A DNA stretch of 64,000 bases from an uncultured bacterium (GTDB lineage Bacteria > Chloroflexota > UBA5177 > JANWHV01), in the NCBI GenBank assembly GCA_963827235.1, contig CAWHAE010000012.1, positions 640,001 to 704,000 of the forward strand. The letters run 5' to 3'. The notes below the pieces were generated by a model that saw only the letters and a program-made list of their open reading frames with translations, was not told the origin of the DNA and did no database searches. A program made the position numbers and the translations under genes. This document shows positions 45,540-56,745 of this stretch, in pieces (within the stretch, counting starts at the first letter, position 1; each line of letters starts with the position of its first letter).

Positions 45540-48500
45540 TCACTCGGTAGTGATCAGCAGTGTGCGTACCTGCCACGGACGGAAGTGCAGCAGCAAGTCA
45601 CCGCCGTCCGCGTCGAGCGTCGCCAGGCGATCCTCCACGATGTTCGTCTCCGTCACCTGCGCACCAGCCGGCATACCGCTCAGCCTCACCTTGGCGGCGC
45701 GCCCGCCGAACTCGTAGAGGCGTATGACGCGGCCGTCGCCGCGATGAGCCGGCTTGAGCGCGGCTATGGCTACCGATCCGCCGGAGAGCCGTGGTCGCCA
45801 GAGCGAGCCATTCGCCTGCCGGCGCGAATCCGCCGATCCCGAGGACACGAGGCGCGCCAGCAGTGGCTGGTTGAATCCGGCGGCTTCCTGGACCACACGG
45901 GCCTCGCGCCAGTCGCCGGCGTGCGGCATCATGCTATAGCGGATCACGTGCGTGCCCTGGTCCGCGACCGTGTCGGGCTCATAGGCGCCGCGCAGTAGCG
46001 TCATGCGGAGACGATTGCCCAGCACATCATACCCGTAACGGCTGTCGTTGAGCACTGCCAGGCCGTAGGCAGCGCCACCGACGTCGGCCCAGCGCAATGC
46101 GGGCACCTCTTGCCCGCCGGCGGGGCGGCGCAAGGCACCAAAGGGACTCTCGAACCAGGCCTGGCATTCCTCGAGCTGCGTCGTGAACGCTACCTTGAGG
46201 TCGGCGATGCCGGCCTCACTGCCGCCCAGCTCATGCCATTCGACGACTGTCTCCACGTCCACACGGTCCAGATCGCGATAGAACGCCAGTTGCTGGGTGA
46301 TCGTGGAGGAGCGCATCTGATGCCGGACCTCGACGACGAGTCGAACCGATCCGGACTCCACCACCCGGCTGACTGCGCCGCGCAACAAGCTGGTCTCTCG
46401 CTGCACCTCGTCGAGGTGCCAGGCCGACATCTCGTGCGGCAGCTCGTCGAGGATCTGCAAGACGTTCAGGGCCAGGTCGGTCCTGGCCGCCTCCGGGTAG
46501 TCGCTGTACCTGCGCATGCCGAATCCGACCAGCTCGCGCGCCGCGCGCTTGTCGTACAGTGACACGATGATGCCCGAATCACGCCTGAGGTAGATCAGGA
46601 AGGCAGGAGTCTCGATGCGGTAGTAGGACCCCTCGCCGGGGTCGACCGTCGACCCGGACTGCACTGCCGCCGCTGCCACGGCGGGCGACACGGACGGCGC
46701 CGCCTCGATCGCCGGCGGAAGAGACTGTGTCGCCGCCCTCTCGACCCTGTACGCTGCAGTCCCGAACGCTTCCACGCTCGCCACGAAACACAGACCCTGC
46801 GGCGTGAACTGCCCGGGCGTGAGCGTGCCCGATCCGTCGCGGAGCCAGGTGCTGCCTTCGCCGGTGACGCCCGCCACGATCACCACGTCCCGGCGATCCC
46901 AGCCGATCGGATTGGTCACCGCGATGGCGCCGACTGCCGCCGAGCCCTCGAGCAGCGGCAGCGCCTGCTCGATCAGCGACTGCGCGGCGCCGGTCGCTGC
47001 CCTGAAGTCTTCTTCACTGGATTCGTAGGACTCGTGGATGGCCGAGCCGTCCAGTATGTCGTGGAACTGGTTGAACAGCACTTTGCGCCAGGCATCGTGC
47101 ATGGTGCCGGGATGCTGCAGCCCCGCGATCGCGGCCAGCGAGTCCGCCGTACACAGCGCGTTTTCGCCCGCGCGGTTGAACCGCTTCATCTCGCCTTGCG
47201 TCGTGTAGCAGCCCTCGAAGACCGTGCTGGACTCGCCCCTGTGTACAGGCAGAGCGGCTCCGGAGTGCAGCAGCTCGCGCGCGTAGGTTGCAATCGTGCT
47301 GCATCGCGCCGACAGGAACGCGGGCTCTCGCTGGATACGGCGCAGCGACTCGAGTCCTATCCGGCTCGGACCGCCTCCGTGGTCGCCCACGCCATGGAAC
47401 AGCAGGGAGACGGGCTGCCCTTGGTCGATGCGCCGCGAGCGCGGCCAGCGCCAGCGCTCCCGCCGTGATCTCGCCGTTGTAGCTGGGCGTGGAGATTGCC
47501 AGCAGGCGCGATCCATCCTGCCCCTCCCACCAATAGGCCGGCCACATCATGTGTTCAGGGGATGAGTAGCCGGGGTTGCACCGGTGATGGTAGTACACGG
47601 TGGCGCCAGCGGAAGTCGCGAGCTGGGGCAGCGTGCCGGCATGGCCAAACGTGTCGGGGGCCAGGAAGACTGCCGGCTGCACGCCGAGCTGGTCCCGTGA
47701 GTAGCTCACTGCCTCCAGAAGCTGGCGGGCCGTCGCCTCGCCCGAGGCCATGTTCGTGTCGCCTTCCACCCAGGTCATGGTTGCCGCTTCCCAGCGGCCC
47801 TCGCGTATGCGGTCCACCACGCGGGCGAAAAGGTCGGGCGCTTCCGCCTGCAGAACCGCATAGGTGGCGGGCTGGCTATGGGTGAACGTCATCTCCGGAT
47901 AGTCGTTCATCATCGCCAGGATGCTCTTCATGTCGCGCATGATCACTTCGCGCGTATCGGCCCAGGTCCACATCCAGTTCATGTCGATGTGGGAGTGCCC
48001 GATCACGTGCACCGTGAGTCCGGCCAACCGGGCAGCCAGCGGAGCGATCGCCTTGGCTACTCGCGACAACGGCCCGTCCAGTGCGGCGGTGCTCAGCGTT
48101 TCGAGATCGGAAGGGATGAGTGCCACGGCCCTTCGGACCGCCGCGCGCTCTTCGTCGGTGGCCGCGAGGCGCGAGGCCAGCAGGAGGCGAGCCCAGGCCG
48201 TGTCCAGCAGGGTAAACCGCTCCCGCAGGCGCGGCGTGCTGAAAGCGAGCTGGTGCCAGGCATTTATCTGGTTGGCAGGCGGGCGGACGGTCATGCGCAG
48301 CTCGCCGTTCCGACCGGCGCGCAGCTCGTCGCACACCCGGACGAGGGCGGGGCCAAGCGCGGCCGGCGGCAGCTCGTCCTCGAGAAGGGAGACACCGTTC
48401 CAGTACAGCGAGGTAGGGTACAGGCTGAACAGGGTACAGTCCAGGCTGTCGCCGGCCAGATCCGTGGCGGCGATTTCGTCCGGCAACGTGAGGTCACAGT

Positions 48501-48687
48501 CGAGCGATACCGGCTGTCCGGGCTTTAGCTCGAGGCCCCGAAAAACGCCGTCCACCAGTTCGACATCACCCGCCTCGGGGCCGGACGCGATCGTCCAGCG
48601 CGTGCCGGGCCATTTTCGCGCCGCCGTCGCCGCGGCACGCAAACTCGCCAGTGCAAGCTCGGTTCCAGCAGTAGGTTCACCGGACAT
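45540..48687 (-). CDS. alpha-mannosidase (GH38), split by a +1 frameshift near 47423
   Basis: HSHIDMNWMW and PDTFGH in one frame; GVGDHGGGP, NQFHDILDGS, NDSRYG, DQGTH in the next; removing one C in CGA-CCA-A joins them. Confidence 0.88.
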
Positions 48688-48874
48688 ACGCTAACCATCT
48701 TCCTTGTCGTGCACGGATTCTCGCCGGCCGGCAACTCTGCAGCGGCCAGTCGTGTTCCGTGCTTCAAGAGTAGGCATCTTTCCTTCGGTAACGCAAATGG
48801 CGGCGTCGAGTGCTGCCGGGAAGTCGGCTGCCTATGCGATAATGGTGGGGAGAGAGATTCCGGGCCGGAGAGAG

Positions 48875-50194
48875 ATGGCAGAGTCCTACCACGTGCGCCG
48901 GCTGGCGAGACCGCTCGAGGCGACGGTCGGAGTGCCGGGGTCCAAGAGCCAGACAAACAGAGCCCTCTTGCTGGCTGCCCTGGCTTCCGGCAGCTCGACG
49001 CTGCACGGCGCGTTGTCTAGCGACGATTCTCGGTACTTCGTGGAGTCCCTGTGCAGGCTTGGCCTGCGCGTTGAAGCCGGCGAGGCCGCGAGCACGATAG
49101 AGATCGAGGGAGCAGGCGGATCCGTACCCGCGCACACCGCCGAGCTGTTCGTGGGAAACGCAGGTACGGCGGCCCGCTTTCTGACGGCGTTCCTCACGCT
49201 CGGCCATGGCGACTACGTGCTGGATGGGGTGCCCCGGATGCGGCAGCGTCCGATCGGCGATCTGCTCGAAGCGCTCAACGCGCTCGGTGCCGACGTGGAA
49301 TCGATCACCAGAAACGGCTGCCCGCCGGTACGCGTGCGCGGCGCCGGACTCGCGGGCGGCGAGGCACTGGTCGACGCGCGGCGAAGCGGGCAATTCCTCT
49401 CGGCACTGCTGATGGTGGCGCCGTATGCCCGTCGTGATACTACCCTGCGGCTGGAAGGGCTTCTGGCGTCGGCGTCCTACGTCGAGATGACCCTGGCCAT
49501 GATGAGTGCCTGGGGAGTCGACGTCGCGGTGGCGGGCGACCCATTCACGGCCTCGCCGGAGCGGCCGGCCGCTTACCGGGTGCCTGCCGGGGCCCGTTAT
49601 CAGCCCTGCCAGTGCGAGATTGCTCCCGATGCCTCGAGTGCATCATACTTCCTCGCCGCCGCCGCCGTTACCGGCGGGTACGTTCGAGTGCGAAACCTGG
49701 CGCTGGCCCACGATCAGGGAGATTACGCCTTGATTCGCGTCCTGGAGGGAATGGGGTGCCGGGTGACCGTGGTGGGTAACGACGTGGAGCTGACGGGCCC
49801 GCCGCAGCTGGACGGCATCGACGTCGACCTCAATACCATGTCGGACACGACCATGACTCTCGCCGCCATTGCGCCGTTTGCCCGCGGCCCGGTTTCGCTC
49901 CGCAACATCGGCCATATTCGAGATAAGGAAACGGATCGCATCTCAGCCACCGTGACCGAGCTGCGGCGCCTGGGCGCGCAGGTAGAGGAGTCATCCGACG
50001 GTCTGGTGGTGCATCCATCGGCTCTGCATGGCGCTGAGGTCCAAACCTATGACGACCATCGCATGGCCATGGCGTTTGCCATCACGGGCCTGCTCGTGCC
50101 CGACCTCTCGATCGCGGACCCCGGCTGCGTGGCCAAGACCTTCCCGGATTTCTTCGCCAGGCTCGAAGCGGCGTGTGCCGGCTCGTCCGTCTGA
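48875..50194 (+). CDS. aroA: 3-phosphoshikimate 1-carboxyvinyltransferase
   Basis: PGSKSQTNR, GNAGTAARF, RMRQRP, SGQFLSALL, DASSA, KETDRI, DDHRMAM, KTFPDF. Confidence 0.97.
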   Translation: MAESYHVRRLARPLEATVGVPGSKSQTNRALLLAALASGSSTLHGALSSDDSRYFVESLCRLGLRVEAGEAASTIEIEGAGGSVPAHTAELFVGNAGTAARFLTAFLTLGHGDYVLDGVPRMRQRPIGDLLEALNALGADVESITRNGCPPVRVRGAGLAGGEALVDARRSGQFLSALLMVAPYARRDTTLRLEGLLASASYVEMTLAMMSAWGVDVAVAGDPFTASPERPAAYRVPAGARYQPCQCEIAPDASSASYFLAAAAVTGGYVRVRNLALAHDQGDYALIRVLEGMGCRVTVVGNDVELTGPPQLDGIDVDLNTMSDTTMTLAAIAPFARGPVSLRNIGHIRDKETDRISATVTELRRLGAQVEESSDGLVVHPSALHGAEVQTYDDHRMAMAFAITGLLVPDLSIADPGCVAKTFPDFFARLEAACAGSSV

Positions 50195-50289
50195 GATTGG
50201 GCACGGCACCTGGCTGAGCGTGCACCACGCCGAAAGCGCGGTCTCGGCGGTACCGGCTCTATTGGTCTTGAGGAAGGAAAGAGGATGCC

Positions 50290-51315
50290 ATGAAGGTGTT
50301 GTTCATCGGTGGCACCGGCTTCATCAGCACCGCGGTGAGCCGCCGGGCGCTGAGCATGGGGATAGAGTTGCATCTGATGCATCGAGGAGCCGACCGGGGC
50401 GAGCTGCCGGGCTCGCAACACCTCACGGCCGACATTCACGATCCCTCGGCCGTCCGGACCGCTCTTGCCGGCCGCGAGTTCGACGTCGTGGTGGATTGGG
50501 TGGCCTTCCTGGAGAGCGACGTCGAGCGTGACATTGCCCTTTTCCAGGGCCGCACCGGGCAGTATATCTTCATCAGCTCGGCTTCGGCGTATCAGAAGCC
50601 TCCGGCCGGCTACCGCATTACCGAGTCCACGCCCTTGCACAACCCGTACTGGCAGTATTCCCGAGACAAGATCGCCTGCGAGCTTCGCCTGTTGCAGGCA
50701 TATCGCGAATGCGGGTTTCCCGTCACCATCGTGCGGCCCTCGCTCACCTACGACACCAACTTTCCCATCGCCGTGGGCGGCTGGGGCTGCTACACGCTGG
50801 TAGACCGCTTGCTCAAGGGCCAGCCGATCATCGTCCATGGCGACGGCTCGTCGCTGTGGGTCGTCACGCACGCCGAGGACTTCGCCCGCGGCTTCGCCGG
50901 CCTGCTCGGCAATCCTCAGACACGGGGTCACGCCTTTCACATCACGACGGACGAGGTCCTGACCTGGAATGAGATCTACGACACGATTGCCCGCGCGCTG
51001 GGAGTGGAGGCAACGATCGTCCACATACCCTCGGATTTCATTGCCGGCGTAGAACCGGAGCTGGGTGCGAGTCTGTTAGGAGACAAGACATGGAGCGTTG
51101 TCTTCGACAACAGCAAGATCAAGGCCTTCGTACCGGAGTTCCGCGCATGTATACCCTACCGAGAAGGGATACGCCGCACGCTGGCCTGGTTCGACGCGGG
51201 CGAAGGGCGCAAGCGCGTGGACGAGCGCGTCAACGCCCAGATGGACCGCATTCTTGCCGCTTACTCCGGCTCAGGCCGAGGCAGCGCTGCCGCGAGCTGC
51301 CGCTCGCCGGCGTGA
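50290..51315 (+). CDS. NAD-dependent epimerase/dehydratase (extended SDR)
   Basis: GGTGFIS, FISSASAY, YSRDK (YxxxK), HGDG. Confidence 0.88.
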   Translation: MKVLFIGGTGFISTAVSRRALSMGIELHLMHRGADRGELPGSQHLTADIHDPSAVRTALAGREFDVVVDWVAFLESDVERDIALFQGRTGQYIFISSASAYQKPPAGYRITESTPLHNPYWQYSRDKIACELRLLQAYRECGFPVTIVRPSLTYDTNFPIAVGGWGCYTLVDRLLKGQPIIVHGDGSSLWVVTHAEDFARGFAGLLGNPQTRGHAFHITTDEVLTWNEIYDTIARALGVEATIVHIPSDFIAGVEPELGASLLGDKTWSVVFDNSKIKAFVPEFRACIPYREGIRRTLAWFDAGEGRKRVDERVNAQMDRILAAYSGSGRGSAAASCRSPA

Positions 51316-51448
51316 CCTTGGGTGCCGGATCACTCGCCTGCGCCCGTGCGATCGATTGACGCCATGGAGTTCCGAACGATGACACAGCGCTGCCGAACAG
51401 ACATGGAGGTCAGTCTCGACGTGCCACCGCTCCCGGTGCCGCGCCGGT

Positions 51449-53377
51449 TCAGGCCAGGTTGGCGATCTGCACGGGCTCGATCTCGTCCGCCGGCGCGTAG
51501 CCGAATACCCTGGCGTAGAAGTAGAACTCTGCTTCCAGCGCCCGCTTGATGTTCGCGGATATGCGGAATCCGTGCTGTTCGCCTTCGAACGGCAGATACG
51601 CCACCGGCAGACCCTTCGCCTTTACGGCCTCGAACATCGAGATTGCCTGCGAGGGCGGTACCACCTTGTCCTCGAGACCCTGGAACAGGATGAGCGGGCA
51701 GGCCAGTCGATCCACGTAGCCGATTGGTGATCGAGCCAGGTAGATGTCTCGCCGCGCGGGATACGGCCCGACCAGCCCATCGAGGTAACGCGACTCGAAT
51801 TTGTGCGTGTCCCGCGCCAGTCCCTCGAGGTCGGTCACGCCGTAGTAGCTGGCTCCCGCCTTGAAGGCATCGCGGAAGGTCAATACCGCCAGGGTGGTGA
51901 ATCCTCCGGCGCTGCCTCCATCGATCACAAGGCGGCCGCCGTCGACCAGCCCGCGGTCCGCCAGATACTTGGCGCCGTTCACACAGTCGTCGACATCAAC
52001 TATGCCCCATCGCCCGTTGAGCCGCTCGCGATAGGCACGGCCGTAGCCGCTGCTGCCGCCGTAGTTGACGTCCAGTATGGCGAAGCCGCGGCTAGTCCAG
52101 TACTGGTAGGTCGGGCTGAACGCGCCCACGGCGTGCCCCGTCGGGCCGCCGTGACTCTTCACCAGCAGGGGAGGCTTCTCCCCAGCCGGCGCCTCGTAGC
52201 CCGGATTACAGGGCAGGTACAGGTAGCCGTAGGCTGTAAGGCCATTCTCGGTCGGAAACTCGATGTGCTCGGGGCGGGACACGTAGCTCGGATCGAGCCG
52301 CTGCGATGACCCCGGGCGCACGATCTCCCAGGTATCCGCCGCCACATCGCAGCGGGCGAGCGCGGGGGCTTCCATGGCCGATCCGGCCACGGCCCAGGCG
52401 GTGCTGCCGGTCACTTTGAGATCGTCAAAGCTCGAGAACCGGGTACCGATAGGGCGCAGCGTGCGCGCCGCCGTGTCGAGCACGGCAAGATGCGACGCGC
52501 CGCCTTGCAGGTAGGCGCAGATCAGCGTCCCTTCGTCGACAAAGCCATAGCTCGTCAAGCCGAAGACCCACTGGGGCTCACCGAACTCAGCCTCGAGCGG
52601 ATACAGCGCTTCAGCCTTTTCGCCGTTCAGACGATACAGGTTCCACCAGCCTGTGCGGTCGGAGACCCAATACAGTATGCCCGCCGGCGACCACGAAGGC
52701 TGGAAGATGGATTCCCCGCCGCCGCCGGCCACCAGCCTGGGTTCGCCGAGTTCTCCCTGGTCGGAAACCGGCGCCATCCAAAGTTCCGACGAGGTCCACG
52801 GCATCTCGGGATGATTCCACGACTGCCAGACCAGTGAAGTGCCATCTGGATTGAGACGCGGCGACGAATAGAAGTCGTAGCCGGAGGCGAGGACGCGCTC
52901 GTCGCTGCCGTCCAGCGCCAGGGACACGATCGTGTTGACCGCCTCTCGGCCGTCGATCCGATGATCTTCGCGCACCGAGATCAAGCTCTGCCTGCGGCGG
53001 TCGACCTCGAAATCGGCGTAGCGCAGGCCCGGCGCGGTCAACGGCTCCGGCTCTCCGCCGGGTGCTATCGCATACAGTCGCTGGTCGGCGAAGTTGGCGA
53101 AGTAGACTGTCCCGGCTGAGACGGTGAAAGTGCCGCCGCCATACTCGTGTACCCTCGTGCGGGCGTTCCAGGGCATGGGTGTGACGTCCGCGATACTGCC
53201 GTCCGCCGCGCGGCATCGGATGGCATAGCGACCGCCTTCATCCGGCCGTCGCTCGGTCCAGTAGACGCGATCGCCATCCGGCACGATCTCTTGAAACTGT
53301 ACGGCTCCGGCAACCACGAAGTCGGAGGAGATTGGTGATTTCCAGGTTCCGTACGGCGCGGTATGTCGTTGCTGCAT
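51449..53377 (-). CDS. S9 family peptidase (prolyl oligopeptidase/acylaminoacyl peptidase-like)
   Basis: APYGTWKSPI, HGGP, NYGGSSGYGR, GGSAGG, QGLEDKVVP, GEQHGF. Confidence 0.93.
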   Translation of the reverse strand: MQQRHTAPYGTWKSPISSDFVVAGAVQFQEIVPDGDRVYWTERRPDEGGRYAIRCRAADGSIADVTPMPWNARTRVHEYGGGTFTVSAGTVYFANFADQRLYAIAPGGEPEPLTAPGLRYADFEVDRRRQSLISVREDHRIDGREAVNTIVSLALDGSDERVLASGYDFYSSPRLNPDGTSLVWQSWNHPEMPWTSSELWMAPVSDQGELGEPRLVAGGGGESIFQPSWSPAGILYWVSDRTGWWNLYRLNGEKAEALYPLEAEFGEPQWVFGLTSYGFVDEGTLICAYLQGGASHLAVLDTAARTLRPIGTRFSSFDDLKVTGSTAWAVAGSAMEAPALARCDVAADTWEIVRPGSSQRLDPSYVSRPEHIEFPTENGLTAYGYLYLPCNPGYEAPAGEKPPLLVKSHGGPTGHAVGAFSPTYQYWTSRGFAILDVNYGGSSGYGRAYRERLNGRWGIVDVDDCVNGAKYLADRGLVDGGRLVIDGGSAGGFTTLAVLTFRDAFKAGASYYGVTDLEGLARDTHKFESRYLDGLVGPYPARRDIYLARSPIGYVDRLACPLILFQGLEDKVVPPSQAISMFEAVKAKGLPVAYLPFEGEQHGFRISANIKRALEAEFYFYARVFGYAPADEIEPVQIANLA

Positions 53378-53570
53378 CTTGGCTCCTTCGGGTCAAATCG
53401 TGTCCGCCTACTGCACGCAGGCGGGCCGGCGAATACGGAGACGGAAGAGCCGGACAGCGTTCGCGATGTCACGACGCTGTCCGCTCGCGGGCCGGTCTCG
53501 TCTCACCGCTGCACGTCAGTGTTCGAAATACGATACCGAGGGTATCACAGGTGGAGCGGTTGCAAGCTGC

Positions 53571-55463
53571 TCACTGCAGGTGATATTTCGATTGTTCTTC
53601 CAGCATACGCCTGTTGAGCTCCTGGCGCGACGCGATCAGATCGCGCGTCGGGCCCAGCAGCTCGCGTGCGGTCTGGCTGTCCACCTGGTCGAGCAGCGCG
53701 CCTTGCTCGCGCAGGCGACGGCCCTGTTCCAGGCGCTCGAGCCGCGATCGGTACACCCTGATCGCAGTCGCGGCCTTGTGCCGCTCGACCGGAGGTGGGA
53801 GCGGACCCTCCAGTATGCTGTCGAGCACCTCTGCTACATCGGGGCCGAGCAGCCGCCTCACCTGTGCCACGGACGGGGCTTCCGATGACCCGTGCACTGC
53901 CAGCACGGCCTCGACGATGAGCCCGCGTTGGGTGGACTGGAACGGGAGGTTCTCCAGCGCCTGCAGTGCTTGAGCATCGAGCGGCATGTGCTGCAAGACG
54001 AAGGCGAGCAGCTCGCTCTCGATTGCCTCACGTGGATCGCGGTCCTTCACCGCCTGCCGCAAAGCCGCGATCTCGGATTGCCGGGTAGTAGGCTGGCGCG
54101 CGGAGCGCCGGGCCTCGCCGCGCAGCCTGGCCAGCTCGCCGCGCAGTGCCGCGGTCTCGATGTGCGTGATCGTCTGCAAGCGTTCGAGGTAGGGCTGCTG
54201 CTGGCCGACCGCCGGTAGCTGGCCGATCAGCGGCAACAACTGAGCCAGCAGGTCCTGCGTGAACGACGGCAGGCGGCGGTCGAGCCCGCCCAGCACCAGG
54301 TCGAAGAGGTGATCCATGGCCGGTTTCGCCGCGGCAATCGTCTGTCGCCAGCGCTCGGGACTCTCTGCGATCAGCTCGTCGGGATCGTAGCCCTCGGGCA
54401 ACGCGGCAATGCACAGATCGAGAGGAGCCGGCTGAGCTCGCCCGACCGTGGGTACGCCGGTCGTCTTCGGTGACCGCGTGGCCACCAGGGCGCGCACTCC
54501 CGCTTCGGCCGCCGCCCGGGCTCCAGCAGGATCCGCGTCCAGGGCCAGGACGGTGCGAATCGTCGCCGCGTCACGGCCGCGCAGCCGGCTCAGCAGCGTG
54601 AGCTGCCCGACCGTGATCGCGGTGCCGAGGCTGGCGATCACATTGGTGAAGCCATCCTGGTGGGCGCGCAGGGCGTCCATGTATCCTTCGACGATCACCG
54701 CTTCGTGTGCCGTGCGGATCGTCTCCGCGGCTCTGTCGATCGTGTAGAGCACGGCGCTCTTGTCAAAGAGCGCCGTCTGGCGCGAGTTGAGGTACTTCGG
54801 CTGTCCGTCGCCCAGAATACGCCCGCCGAAGCCGCACACCCGGCCGCGCTCGTCGCGGATCGGGAAGATCAGCCTGCCGTGGAATGCACAGAAGGGCTCG
54901 CGGCCTTGATCGGAAGCCACCAGAATACCGGAGCTGAGCAGATCCTCGACGCTGATGCCTCGAGCAGGCAAGTCGCGCCGCATCCCCTCTCCCCAGTCTG
55001 GCAGATAGCCCAACGCGAAGCGCTCGATGGTAGTCTGCGTGATACCGCGTCCGGCGAGGTAATCACGGGCATCCTTGCCCGGAGTTGCCATCAGGGCCTG
55101 CTGGAAGTAGAGACTGACGGCCTGCAGCACGTCGTAGGCACGCGCCTCGCTTGCCTTTCGCCTCGCTGCTTCCGGGTCGAGCTCGATGCCGGTGCGGGCC
55201 GCCAGCGCCTGCAGAGCCTCGGGGAACTCGACCTTGTTCAGCAGCATATAGAAGCGGAAGATATCGCCACCCGCGTTGCAGCCGAAACAGTGGAAAGTAC
55301 CGCGTTCGGGCGAAACCACGAACGACGGCGTCTTCTCTTTGTGGAACGGACACAGTCCCTTGAGATTGCGACCGGCGCGCTGCAGCGCGACGCGCTCGCC
55401 TACCAGCGTCTCGATCGGCAGGCGCTCCTTGATCTGCTCGCGCTCGTCCGCCACGCCGTTCAC
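53571..55463 (-). CDS. dnaG: DNA primase
   Basis: CPFHKEKTPSF..CFGC, RLIFPI, FGGR, KYLNS, VEGYMD, DADPAG, DPDE. Confidence 0.96.
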   Translation of the reverse strand: MNGVADEREQIKERLPIETLVGERVALQRAGRNLKGLCPFHKEKTPSFVVSPERGTFHCFGCNAGGDIFRFYMLLNKVEFPEALQALAARTGIELDPEAARRKASEARAYDVLQAVSLYFQQALMATPGKDARDYLAGRGITQTTIERFALGYLPDWGEGMRRDLPARGISVEDLLSSGILVASDQGREPFCAFHGRLIFPIRDERGRVCGFGGRILGDGQPKYLNSRQTALFDKSAVLYTIDRAAETIRTAHEAVIVEGYMDALRAHQDGFTNVIASLGTAITVGQLTLLSRLRGRDAATIRTVLALDADPAGARAAAEAGVRALVATRSPKTTGVPTVGRAQPAPLDLCIAALPEGYDPDELIAESPERWRQTIAAAKPAMDHLFDLVLGGLDRRLPSFTQDLLAQLLPLIGQLPAVGQQQPYLERLQTITHIETAALRGELARLRGEARRSARQPTTRQSEIAALRQAVKDRDPREAIESELLAFVLQHMPLDAQALQALENLPFQSTQRGLIVEAVLAVHGSSEAPSVAQVRRLLGPDVAEVLDSILEGPLPPPVERHKAATAIRVYRSRLERLEQGRRLREQGALLDQVDSQTARELLGPTRDLIASRQELNRRMLEEQSKYHLQ

Positions 55464-55682
55464 CCATTCCGTGTTGGCGGTGCTCAGCTACGCGCCTACA
55501 CTTGGGCCCGCTTTCCGCCGCTGACTTGTTCATACCATGTGCGGCAAGGCATCACAAGGGAGTTTTCAGATCCTTCCTCCGGTCCATGCAGGGTTGACCA
55601 CTCGGGCCGGGCGGGCCAGCGCGGTCGTGAGTTGCCGGCGCCGGCAAGCAAGGCCGGCCTTCGTCCGGGTATCCTGGTCAGC

Positions 55683-56501
55683 ATGAACACATTTCTCTTC
55701 GATCTGGACGGCGTGATCTACCGCGACCGCGAGCGCGTACCCTTCGCCGCGGAAGCGATCGCGACCCTTCGCGCCGCCGGGCACCGCATCCTGTTCGCCA
55801 CAAACAACGCCACCCGGAGTCGCACCGAATTCGCCGAGCGCATCGCGGCCGCTGGCGTCGCCGCGCGGCCTGAAGAAGTTGCGACATCCGCGTCGACTAC
55901 GGCGGAGTACCTGCGTACCCTGGAGAGCCCGCCCCGGACCGCGATGGTGGTCGGCTCGGCGGCACTGGTAGCCGAGCTCCGGGCGGTCGGCATACGCGCC
56001 GTCGACGCGGCCGTCGACTCCGACGACCGGCCGGACGTCGTGGTCGCTGGCCTCGACCAGCACTTCACCTACGACAAACTGGCACGGGCCCAGCACGCGG
56101 TGCTTCGCGGCGCCGCGCTGGTAGCTACGAACCGCGACCCTCAATTCCCGGGTGCCAACGGGCGAATCTGGCCGGGAGCCGGTGCCATCGTCGCTGCCCT
56201 GGAAGCGGCCTGCCGGCGCCCGGCAACAGCTATCGGCAAGCCCGGCCCACTACTCTACAAAATACTGCTTGCCTCCGCCGGTGCCGACCCGGCGCGAGCC
56301 ATTGTGGTCGGCGACAGTCTGGTCACGGATATTCCGGCCGCCGAGGCCATGGGTCTGGCCTCCGTGCTCGTGCTGACGGGCGTGACCACGCGCGCTGAGC
56401 TGGCCGACTCGCAGGTGAGGCCGTCGCTTGTCGTGGAGAATCTTGCCGAGCTGGCTGCCATGGACACCGATTCTTTGCTGCCGTCGCGCGGCGCGACCTG
56501 A
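55683..56501 (+). CDS. HAD-IIA (NagD-like) hydrolase
   Basis: FDLDGVIY, ATNN, TNRD, GKP, VGDSLVTDI, VLTGV. Confidence 0.92.
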   Translation: MNTFLFDLDGVIYRDRERVPFAAEAIATLRAAGHRILFATNNATRSRTEFAERIAAAGVAARPEEVATSASTTAEYLRTLESPPRTAMVVGSAALVAELRAVGIRAVDAAVDSDDRPDVVVAGLDQHFTYDKLARAQHAVLRGAALVATNRDPQFPGANGRIWPGAGAIVAALEAACRRPATAIGKPGPLLYKILLASAGADPARAIVVGDSLVTDIPAAEAMGLASVLVLTGVTTRAELADSQVRPSLVVENLAELAAMDTDSLLPSRGAT

Positions 56502-56745
56502 GCATAGTGGCAGATGCATGCCGGGTTCCGCTGCGAGTCCGGGAAGAGGCGATCTCCATTGGTCCGAGTTTCCCCGGTGAGGGTGGATGGATACGTGTCG
56601 AGCCCACGGCCGGCGCGAGGCTCCGTGTTGAAACGGTGCCGGGCGCCCGGTCAGCCCGCCGGCGCACGTGCGTCGGCGGGCTCTCGGCTCGCGGAGCCGG
56701 CGTACGCGGCCGCGGTGCGCATCGCTCCGCCGTACCGCACGTCTA

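Noticed and set aside
47400-47470. Programmed frameshifting in GH38, iolE-like or HTH-ClpN genes
   Set aside because: No slippery heptamer or shared signal; single insertions in short runs are better explained as sequencing errors
54660-55682. 341-aa N-terminal extension of the HAD ORF
   Set aside because: Overlaps dnaG antisense; the HAD motif I starts right after ATG 55683
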